Shown piece after piece: positions 40,741 to 51,700 of a stretch of 64,000 bases of DNA. The position numbers and the translations under genes are program-made. The notes below the pieces were generated by a model, which was given only the letters and a program-made list of their open reading frames with translations, was not told the origin of the DNA and searched no databases. The first letter of the stretch is position 1. Each line of letters opens with the position of its first letter. Source of the DNA: Balanoglossus misakiensis (Eukaryota; Animalia; Hemichordata); the NCBI GenBank assembly GCA_040954595.2, contig CM082581.2:5510699-5574698 (forward strand). Direction: 5' to 3'.

Positions 40741-41042
40741 TCAGTGATTTACCACGTGTTTGCTAACGCTTTACGTAAAGTGTGAAGTGGTTCATATGTG
40801 CACAGATATGTGACATGAACTATACATGTACTTCCAGACGTTTTAACGTAGGCTATTGCTGGGGTTACACGTGAATAATTTTAAACCTGAGTTGATCAGA
40901 TTTGTCGCTCTGTAAACATTCCTTATCAGCGACTTAGGAGAACGCTCGTTTACACGTCAATTTACAAGATCTAAATTTAGTTCGGGTCAAGCGTCCTCAG
41001 CGGTATTCACTTGGCTAACTCAACTTAACTACAATCGCCAAA

Positions 41043-41312
41043 ATGGCCGACGTAAACATCGCACAGGTGTTCTCCACGCTCTTTTTGTGTTCAATCAATC
41101 AATCGAGACGCTTTCGGCGAAGATATTTACTAGGAGAGAATTTTGACGGCCTAACCCCGCCTGATGTCGACATCCCACTCATTTTAAGATCAATGAGTCG
41201 CCGTCGGAGAAGACGACCAAGTTTACGTTTCCTTTTCCTGTGTCTCAGTTATTTTAATGCCTGCACCGCACCCGTGTATCGGTCGATATGGACGAGAGAA
41301 ATCAGAGATTGA
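41043..41312 (+). pseudogene. 5' fragment of a Harbinger-type transposase
   Basis: aaaATGG start context. MADVNIAQ...RRRRRR...VYRSIWTRE resembles the basic N-terminus plus R-x-[IV]-W-x-R motif of Harbinger transposases. Truncated at the deletion junction, with no DDE core. Confidence 0.6.
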
Positions 41313-41440
41313 AATCAGTAGTTTGACTTCGTCATCTGACCATGGAGGTACTAGAGAGACCAATTGTTGCCGCGATCGCGGGAGCATCTTGCTTGAACGC
41401 TGTCCATCGTGGCATGGACAGCGTCTCTTTTTACGTCCAT
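41307..41440 (-). pseudogene. 5' fragment of a Harbinger Myb/SANT-like DNA-binding protein, disrupted by a 20-bp insertion
   Basis: Removing the 20-nt insertion bounded by duplicated GACCA (41338-41342 / 41358-41362) restores MDVKRDAVHATMDSVQARCSRDRGNNWSDDEVKLLISI. W-S-x-x-E-x-x-L-L-I is the first helix of Myb/SANT-like domains. Confidence 0.7.
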
Positions 41441-43419
41441 GATCGTGGTAATGACCGCGAGCCGGAAGACAAGATTTAGTGCGGTGTTTAGTTCGGCGAT
41501 CGGGTCACACGTGTGAAGAGGTCATTGTTTAAGACGGCGCACCGTACCTGAACCACCCCTCCGACTCCGGATTATTTAAATGCGGTGTTAGTCCGGAGTT
41601 GTCTGGTCACACGTCAAACTGACACCGAGTTAAATTTAATCCGGTGTCAGGTCCGGAGTAAACAGGCACGTGTAACCCCCCCTTATAATTCAGAATTGAG
41701 TTATACAAGTGCTCAGGCCAAGGACAAAATGTGTGTGGTTCCGATAAGATAGTATAGGCCTAAGTCGGGATTTCGTTCTATTTTAAGATTTTTGCTCAGG
41801 CCAATACTCAGTTGCAATCAGTTGTTCTTAACACCAAATACATGTACACATGTACGTCTATGATGTCATCGTTACACCTGCAATTCTCTAAATACGAACA
41901 TTTTGTACACCCTCCCCACCATGGTCGTTATAACGAAGCTCCACACAGTATGGCGATTTATTATTACTTCCATGCTAATCACCACGCAAATTACGACATT
42001 TACACTTCCGCATTAATTTCGATCTTATTTGTTTAGGGTCGGTAAATAAATTAGAAGGTTGGTCAGGTGGTTAAAAATTTCTGTCACGGGTTTAGTGGTA
42101 GAAGAGTTTTATTTTCTGAAAATAAATAGGATAACCTGAACTCTGTTGTTTTCCCATATGTGCTCTAAACGAATCATTAGGATATTATTAAAACATTAGC
42201 GTATTAACAAATACAATCATGCGAGATCAATTACGAAACGCCTTTGTTGTCACCGACTGTCGCGTCAATATATTAGCTTCCCTGCAGATTTTGTCAAATT
42301 GAACTTCTGTTACAATATCCCGACACAGCTGCAAAATCCCCCTTAATGTATGCATGTTCCAGTTAAAATACTTCATGGCGGCTTAATCCAATGATAATGA
42401 CTTTGTTCACCCCGTCAGAGAGTCCAGCCGTTTTAATTATTAAAGATGGCGGGCTATTCTGGATACTAATCAACAAAATCGTTTCAACGTGCAGTCGAAT
42501 GAAATGTGTACATGTACGTTCTGAGTATTCAGGCTATTTTATCTGATTCCAAATCCGATTCCGATAAATCGAATGCTATACACAAGACCAGAATGCAAAG
42601 CGCCGGCTGTAGCTTACGTCATCGCGCATCACCTTTAGTATGAGGTTGGATAACGTACATGTATATGCAACTGTGCTAAACCGATGCAGTCAGCCCTGAA
42701 CAAGAATGCCGGCCGCAAGGGCCCGTTGGCATGACGAAAATAAACACTCGAAGGAACGCTGCGATTTCCATGAAAGATGCGATGAAATACACCCGCAAAT
42801 GCTACTGTTTACCCCGCTTCACAAAATAAATACCGCCAGACTTGGAGAATAACTCGCAGAAGGAAGTATAATTTCCTGACGGTGCGCATTCCGGTGCGAC
42901 GGGGCCGCGCTTTACACGCACGCCAGTCATATTTTACGGCTCTGTCGAGTACCATTGTATTTGATTCAAAGGCATAACAATTACGCGCAGTTTGTAAGGA
43001 TTCGGAGAACAAAAAATACCAGCGTGTTCTCTTTAATGCGAGAGCAAAGTCTTGCAATATCTGTCATGAAAGTCTGCTGTTGTCGTTTCAAAACGCGAAT
43101 AGATTGCCCTCTTATTAAAAGCGCAATTAAAAGGGAAAGACACGTGGCTTACATCGTCTACACCTCGATGGCATCAGCGGAGAGATAGTCCGGCAGAACA
43201 CACACCATTGTACATTAGTTTTCAGCTCACGTTATCCTCTGTGAGAGCTTTTACTTAAGTCATTTAGTCATTTGAATTCTGTCTTTTTCAGACGGTAAAT
43301 GTTTAAATAACATGGCTTGAAAGCTTTTTATTACAATAGAGGCTGAGGGAGCTCAGGCAAGCATGGCATTGTATTTTAAGTGTGAGTTTTCCCCCCGCCA
43401 AGACCTTGCCGAGCCCACG

Positions 43420-43458
43420 TATAAACGCACCGCCCCTGTCGTCAATTTCAATTTCATT
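43420..43458 (+). promoter_or_regulatory. Candidate TATA + Inr core promoter
   Basis: TATAAA at 43420-43425, Inr-like TCAATTT with its A at 43450 (+30), an upstream E2F-like ttttccccccgcca, and CpG-rich downstream sequence. Confidence 0.3.
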
Positions 43459-46400
43459 GCGTGCGCGCGGTTTGTGCCTTCACTTTTACACGCGCAGGAA
43501 TTTTCGCCATCGTCAAAACCTGACTTTGCCCGCGAGTGAGACAGCGGCCAATTAATCTACAGACAGCTGTGACCCTTTCTCGGGGAGACTGCACGAGGCG
43601 CAACCGTTATAAACCCTCATGCATTTAAGTACGAGTAAATACAGTTTGAGTGTAGGTGAACTAGATTCTGACTGATTGCGTCGCCATGGCTACAAACTGA
43701 GTTTACAAAGGTGGCAGTTCATTGATCAATCTAGCGACTTCGACTATATTAGATTCTCGCAGCTCACTGATAATTTCCTCTGGTGCGTTTTTTCGTGTTC
43801 ATTGTAGATATTACGAATACTGTAGCGGGGGGGGGGGGACTCAGATACTAGATTGCTTTATGTTTTAAAATTGGAAATCGGTTATTTCATTGCACTTGTG
43901 CCGAAAACGGAAGTTCGACATTAAGCTCGTTCCCTTTATCGAAATCAGTTTAACGTTTGGTCCTTAATTAAGTTTATTCAAATGAGTATTTTGCTAGTTT
44001 ATATTCGTGAATAATAATGAAAAGTAGGAAAATCGTATCCTTACCTTGCAGCGAATCATGAAGTTTTAACACTTTATTTACTGATGACAGGAGATCGATC
44101 CATACATGGCATTCAGGTGAATTCTTTTGGTCCGTACACTGAAATATTTAAAGTTTCCGGTTGCGTGTGTAATTTACGCCCAGGTCTGTCTCTGCCACCT
44201 CCTCTCCTTGCGATCTGTGTATGAAAAGAAAACCATGATGAAAAATCCCCTGAGTTTTGACCGAAAGCAAACCGAAGACGGGCTACATCTTTACAGGGAC
44301 CTGTACAGATGTAAAGTTACACCGTCGGTATTTGAATGGAATGTTGTTGATGACAAAAAAGCGTTATTGAGATTTCGACCGAACAGAAAAACACAAATCG
44401 CAGAACAGAACACAGAACATTAAACATGCACTCGGCGAGTTGTAAAGAAAGGTTTGATGTCACAAATATACACGGGCGTCATTATATCAGCGGATTGGAT
44501 GTGCAGTATTAAAAGGCGGCAACCAGGGAGAAAGTTCCTCTCTATACTGAGTTGCTAGGACATTTGTCCTCTTACCCACGTGACACGGACAGTCACCAAG
44601 TCGAGCGATGTGTGCATTCGCTTACACTAAAACCGTCCCGTCTACCGAACAGAGCGTTTTAAAAAATAAAAACGCCTATATACATCTACGATGCCTTTCG
44701 CAAACACGGTTTGCTTAGCCACATGGCTTCATATTAACATATAACTTCATCAAGATGTTACAGCGGCGGGCGCTTATCGTCATTACAGATCGTTTTATCT
44801 CCGCTTGACACGAGTCAAGCGACGGCGTCGTGCGACTGATTGAAATTCCATGTCTGCGAAGCCATCCAAACCATCGGGCACATGTTTTGCAAGTGTAGTT
44901 CTTTTGTGTCACAGATTATGCATTCAGGGGCCTCGCCAACACGTGCGACGAGCAAACTCGTTGACAAAAGGTGCAAATTTGTTAAAGATGACAGATTTCC
45001 AATTGGACCCATGATTAGAATTTGAGACGCGTATTGTGGAGAGGGTAGACTGCAGTCGCATCGTTCTCTTATTAAAGTGGAGACATTGATTACAGACATC
45101 CCGGCATTAGATTATCACATTTGTCTCCCGGTGCCGACAAGAGGAACGTACATCAAATACAGCCGTTGCTGCTGCGCGCATGTCCAACCGTGGCTGGCGA
45201 GATCTGAATGAAACATCTGTACATTGCTCTGGCAACAAAGGCCTTGCTCCGCCATCATTAAGTTCCTACCCTTTTTACAACATATGACATTATCTCTGCC
45301 CGCGCGTCCGAATAATGGAATGAGCAATTCTGGATTTATAACCACATCGTGATAATTCTGTGTCATTTAATTTTCTTTTATGTCATAAGAATGAATTACA
45401 ACTAGCAATCTTTTTAGTGAACCGTTACAACTGGGGCCATTAGAGTATGAACAGTCTTTAAAGAGGAAAATCGAAAGTGACATTAACTGAATAAAGTAGA
45501 TGATGCTAGATTATTTCAATCTGTTATTAAACAGAACATTTTGTGAGTTTTTATTAAGCGTTTTCTTGTGCAAAGACGGCTCACTTGTCTATACAATAAC
45601 ATGAATACACACGCACATGAGTCAGAAAAATTAATGATGCTTAGGCATAAAAGAATTATTCGAATATTAATTCTATTAAGCCCATCGGGGATAAACTTGC
45701 CTTCAAAAATATCAGTAAATGGTCTTTTTTCCAATGAGGAACTCGCAAAACTGCGCCATTTTGTATTTGATGGCATAACATGAACTAGCATAAATGGTTT
45801 ACTATTTTCAACGTCGGTGAACGTACATTTACCAAATGTGTCTAACATGCATAATGGTGATATTACATACAAATGTATCTTATAAGTCACTTTCTACCAT
45901 AGAAATGCTTTCTTCTGCCTGTTCTTTACGTTTCGATCCATGTTCCTACAGTCAGGTATTAAGCATAACTTAGTCCATGGGAGGGGAGGGGAGGGGCAAA
46001 CATAAATATTTTGGCTACTCTATCTAAAATGGTAGCGCATCGTTAGGTACGACATTCGAAATATGTGAAACAGAGAACGCGAAGGAGCAACTGGCGTGGC
46101 CATGTGGCGGCCATGCCGGTAATATCTGTCGTCTGTAGTGGGAGTTCGTTTGTTGAACAACTTTCACAACTTCTGAAATCGCATCGGCAACACACCGCTG
46201 AACAGGATTCGATTCACGAATTCTCGGATCACTTCGCCTGTTGAACATTCCGAAATACAACTGGGAATACAGAACCTATACCACTCGATATTTTGGTCTG
46301 GTTTCTGAAAAGAAGTTCATATTTAGCATGCGTCAACACCAGAACGCGAAAGCAGGCACGGATTTGATGAGAATTGAATCACAGGAAGATTGACTCGCTC

Positions 46401-47834
46401 CTGTAATTTTATAACTGTTTAATTTCTCCATCTACACATTTTCTAATTGACAACACGGTGTGTTATTACTATCACACGTGAGTAGAACCTCCAGTGTCGC
46501 ACCAGTTGAACGAATTTAGCCTTCGACTTACGGCAAGGAGTTTACTCGAACCGACCGAGTGCAACGCTATCCACACATAATTAGATGATTATTTGATATT
46601 TTGTGCGATTTTATTATGTCGGAGAAAATTCGTCAAGGATGCGTCTGAATCTGGTTCCCTAATGGTCCATATAAACAAAGACATTGTAATGAATTGAAGT
46701 TCACACAGAAAAAATAATAGATCTGTGTTAAGTTTCCCTGTCGTATAGGTCAAGGTCGCTTTTGGCAGCGGTATCAACTCAATTCTCTGATAAGAAAGAA
46801 TATCCCGTTGGCGACGGTCGGGGTCGCTCGGTGATACTCGGTAGTCTAATTAACGGACAACGGGAACTTCAAAACAGAGTCATTAGATGTCATATGTACG
46901 GGAAAATGAATTCGGACAAAAGGCAAGGATACTGGCACGGTGCAATTGCTGGCACCGCGACACTTGCGCATGCGTGGAAGCCCACGTTTGCCACCAAAAC
47001 CGCCAGCGATGATTATTGATAAAGTGGGCACCTGCATGATACGTGTTGTGTAGGCTAGCAAGTATAAACCACAACTAAAATGCTTTTAAGTATATTGCAG
47101 GCCGACAACGTGCTTATCGCAGATTTGTTCTCCACACTCCACAAATTAATGGCGTACTCCTCCTCCGCTCTTGCAAACAGTACGCGATGTGACGCAGCTT
47201 GAACGCGCGTTTTGTTTCTCTTCGCGATGTCACGCTACCCGTTGTTTTTGCTATAGAGTTGTGTAATGCAACCAATTTGAGACTAATCATGTTTTCTCGG
47301 TAGTGAAATACTTTGTTGTTATTGAGACGAATACTGCGTTACTCTGGAAGGGGTGACCTTGGATTCAACTTTGTTTTGTAAAATCTCACCACTATTGCAA
47401 TCTGTACGAAATATGTACTTCCCTACAAGTCTCAAAATAAGGCTTTGTGCTCTGTGAATGATTCCCTAGATGCTGATGGTCAGTGACGAAAAAGGAAAGA
47501 ATATTTCCATACGGGCAACAGGAAGTGTGAAGGTGCGTGTTTCAAATTACCGCATGAGAAATTAGTGCACGAGGCTTGTTATTTCGGAAATCCTATTTTG
47601 GGTTGAAACGGCGTGATTCGATCAGACACGCACGCCTGGCTTTCAATGTGATATACAACCATTGCGGAATTAATCCCACGGAATCACATGCAGTAACTCT
47701 AAGTTTCGGCTGTTTTTCATTATTCTCTCTTACGTACATTGTACATGTATCAACCCGTAACCCATACTTCTTGTTCTACTCTGCGATGTTCAGTTTTAGG
47801 TTTCTCAATAAAGCATGAAACGCCCATGACAGTG

Positions 47835-47858
47835 GAATTCAAGTCCGGACTTGAATTC
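47835..47858. repeat. Perfect 24-bp palindrome
   Basis: GAATTCAAGTCC|GGACTTGAATTC. Confidence 0.95.
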
Positions 47859-47864
47859 AATTTT

Positions 47865-47894
<30 letters not shown>
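47865..47894. repeat. (CAA)10 microsatellite
   Basis: caacaa...caa, 30 nt, beginning 6 nt after the palindrome. Confidence 0.95.
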
Positions 47895-47896
<2 letters not shown>

Positions 47897-48461
47897 ATGA
47901 TGCTGATTACTACAAAGGGCTGTGTTTAAAAAACAAATACTGAGCAATTACTTATGTTTTACAAAGCAGAAAAAGAACCCACAGTTGATACCCAGAACAG
48001 AAATACTGAGAAAATAGCCCGAAGGTGGGAGTTACTGAAGCCCTGAACGAGGCTACACGGCGAAATCCATGTCGCGCTGACTCTAACACCGAGCAATCGA
48101 AATTACGATACCGGTAAGAAGCGGGGATAATTATCATATTAATTGGAGTTGGCAGCACTTCGCCGGCCCTGACAAAACAGATCCAGGCAAAGTCCACTTA
48201 AATGCCAATATTGAAGTGGGCGTATTTGGGGGCATTGTGTGAATTAATGGATTAATGTGTGAAATTTCCACTCAGTTTCGAATCTGCAGCCATCGACGCC
48301 GTGATCCCGACATCAACTACATATTACTTAACAATTTCCGCGGGAATTACGTCTTCCAGAAGGTCACACTCACACACATTATAATTATTCCTCCGTGCCC
48401 TGTAAATGAAAGACTTGGAAAACGCGATCGCTGCGTCAGACTTCCCTTTTGTTAGCTTTAA

Positions 48462-48726
48462 AGGGCGACGATCGTCTTATGCGCACGTGCCAAACCAGAG
48501 ATTCTGGTTACAAAAATTGTGAGGCCGTGGGCTGTCCTTAGCTTAACAGAAAAGATGGCGGCGACCATAGTCTGTGTCGGAGATCAGGAAAAGACAGCCA
48601 ACTGGGTGAAAAAGAAGGCATGGGACAAAACTAAAGTTTACGCATGAAATATGGAAGAACGCGAAGGCAGTCCACTATTTGAATACGTCGAACGCAAAAT
48701 TTGCAGAACATATGGATTGGACGTAA
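48462..48726 (+). mobile_element. Decayed Kolobok-type left end with a frameshifted protein remnant
   Basis: TTAA|AGGG start. aagATGGCGGCG opens MAATIVCVGDQEKTANWVKKKAWDKTKVY, then after a frameshift HEIWKNAKAVHYLNTSNAKFAEHM. No right TIR found. Confidence 0.45.
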
Positions 48727-51700
48727 TGTTTGTACACACGAAATTACGGACATGTTAGTTTTAAATTTGTTACGTCAGCGGCGAACGCCCAATATATATA
48801 TCGAACGTTATATACATCGGCAAACTTGAAGACACTCGAGTCAGATGAATGAAAAAAATACAGCACATCGTGTCGTGTTATTCGTCCAATAATGGAAATG
48901 ATGACCAGTGCCTCTGAGCCATCTGAGACTAGACTAAAGGTCACACAGCAATAAAACTATCGTTGATTTTTCCCTATTATCCATATAACGGTATGATAAA
49001 ATAAATATACGGCTGCTGTGGCTCTAAAACATTCCGTTTGGTTAACGTCTGCTGTGAACGACGACTGGGCTCACTCAGGAACGTTTTATGTGTGGCAATT
49101 TTCTGTAATAGCGGTTGGGTCTGGAAAAAAGCAAATCTTCTTGGTTTATTCGTAACGCGCCGTTATTTTACCCTCGACTATTACGGCAGTAATCGATAGG
49201 ATTGACGTAATTGTATATCGCGGTGAGAAATCTATACGTGTATAGCTGCGGCTTGAGTAACACCTTTTCCGTGTAGCTTGTCGGTCGGCCCTACCTCCGT
49301 GCCTTGCCCCCACGTGCTTTCACACTTCAGGGTACCTCGAGTATTTTAATTTGTAAATAACATCTGGCGATCTTAAGCGTTCGGCATGGCGTTGCCAAGG
49401 AAACAAATGAAATAACACCTTATGAGTTTCTGTTTAATCAAAAGTAGAGGTTGAATCGGGTCAGCCATGGACATGGAGAACCCCTTTCGTACTGAGGGAT
49501 TAATATTCCATGATCCGAAATGCACACGAGGTTCATTTTATAACAGCACTTGAGATAATACACTCGAGGTAGATTCTTGGTAAATCAGTTTGTACTTGTA
49601 AATTGGCACCATTTTAGAACAATACGTTTCCCATTGAACTCGAAACTGACGGGCGATAATGGAAGGTTGCTATGTGTACAAATGGAATATAAAATGATAG
49701 AAAAAATCGAAACGCACTGAAATAATCAAAAGTAGAGGAGAAAAGAATCGATGAGTCATTGACAGCATATTCCGCAGTTTTGATTTAATCTGAAGGCTTT
49801 TATATCAAATCATTATTATTCGTCGGTATTTTATTGAAACAGTTGGAGGCAAGCGACGACATGGCATTTAACATACACGAAGATGGTCGTTGCTGTTTAT
49901 CGCTTTGTATCTGACAGCTTGTGAAATGCGCCGGTATTCGGGAAAGCGAACGGGGCATCTTGAAAAGGGAACCTTACTTGTTCAAATTGGAGGCGAGTCG
50001 AGGGAACAAGGAGTCAATACGCCCGCTTTTGTGTCCACGCGGAAACTGCCATATTAAGTCAAATATTGGCTTCGGAGAGTCTCTAGAGGGTAGACTTGAG
50101 TACGGCTTTATAGACAGTCATTCAAACGGATTCATTATCACGTATATCAACATGAGTGAGCTGTACAAATCCAAAACACTTGCAGCTCCGTTTGGCTAAT
50201 GATAATCTCACGACACGCAACCCACCACCAACGGGCAAACAGCATCGGCGTGGCATCACGTGCAGGAAGCGTTATTTTTGGGAAAACAATTTAGAGTCGA
50301 AAATAATTATTCGCAAAATTCTTGAACTTGACCTTCGGGCTGGGATGCGCAATCGATGCAGCATGCGGAGATCGCGTTGTGGCGAGTATACTCTCTTGCA
50401 GACAAGTGAAGTTTGTTTTACGAAGACGGGGTCCGCCTTTCGCAGATATGATCAGGTCGAGAATTGGAGAAATTGGTTTCACTACCGGATTGTGTGGTTT
50501 AAGGATTCACATACTCACATAATATATCTGAAGCATCCACTGGGGAAGACAGGAGTCGATGGAACATTGTAGCCTCCCCCTTTATGTCTCTGTAGATCAG
50601 TCGCAGGCGTCAAATTGTGTTACAAATTTATGGAAACGCATTACACAGTGTTTTAGATCACTGCGGACGGTCACTCCAGCGGTATCGGTGATGTGGAACA
50701 CGACGATGGCGAGTTGCCTGATAAATCTCTCAGAACCGTTCCCCCGCACAACACATAACAACACGAGGGTGGCGATATTTCCGTCTCATCAATTGACAGA
50801 CTTCCAGCACAGAATATAAGACGTGGTTCCCGTTTGAAGTCCTCTTAGCTAAATCCTCTTTCCAACTGGAATACGATTACTGCTTGGATTGAGAAAACTT
50901 TACGAATTACACTGAGACGCGGCTTGACTATATAGCTGTCACGCACAGCAGAAACACTAGCGATATAATGCGCGCAGGCGCACTTCTGTCACAAAGCGGT
51001 TGATTTTTTTCTTCTCCGGAGTCGCAGCTGTTATGATATTAGGCGCTTTCAAACATTTACGATAAATCCGGAGGTTGTTCTGCGTTTACTCGAAGATGAA
51101 TAACGGTTTAACTCGCAGTGACTCCCAAACAGAGACAAACCGGGCGAAGTGGCTTCCAATCAAATCTCCAGTTTTCTGTTCATTACTTTTACGGGTGAAT
51201 GTAAACTAGACATGACCTTAAAAAAGGTGAACTACGCCACTGAAGCGGTTTAAGCCGATCTACTTGACTGCCAAAGCTGACTCTGCGAGATGACCGCAGG
51301 TTGTGTGCACCATGCCGACGTCTGCTTTCAAGGATGACTTTAATTGTCGCCGTTTGGGGCATCGTGTTCTTGTCGTCTCTAACGAGATGTAACCCTAATT
51401 GTGGCGAAACAATTTCGCCGTGTATTTGAAACATAAAATTGGGATTGGGTGGCGTATATCTTTATGATTTCAGAGACGCTACGGCAACGCAGGAACGACG
51501 TGGGCTGTCAGTCACTGAGAGCGGGCAGGGGGGAGGGGGAGATTCTTAACCTATTCGTTGCGCAGCATTTTATTCGAAAGCCGCATCAAAGTGGTTGTCG
51601 GCGTATTCATTTATCCGTTCCGAAATCCCGCGGCTCTGTCATGGGAATAGCAGGCCACGGGAATAAAGAACGAAAATCGGTTTAAAACATTTACTCTGTG

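Larger units (their letters stand above)
40857..41683. mobile_element. Internally deleted PIF/Harbinger DNA transposon
   Basis: Perfect 13-bp TIR core GGGGTTACACGTG (40861-40873) / CACGTGTAACCCC (41667-41679). Possible 3-bp TSD TAT (40854-40856 / 41684-41686). Subterminal repeats (T/C)ACACGT and TCCGG(A/T). Convergent transposase-like and Myb/SANT-like 5' fragments inside. Confidence 0.85.

Noticed and set aside
41710-42160. 12-bp direct repeat tgctcaggccaa and possible decayed GGCC-ended MITE
   Set aside because: Termini too degenerate to pair with confidence.
44127-44423. THAP-like TPSVFEW motif
   Set aside because: No C2CH zinc-binding residues in the required spacing upstream.
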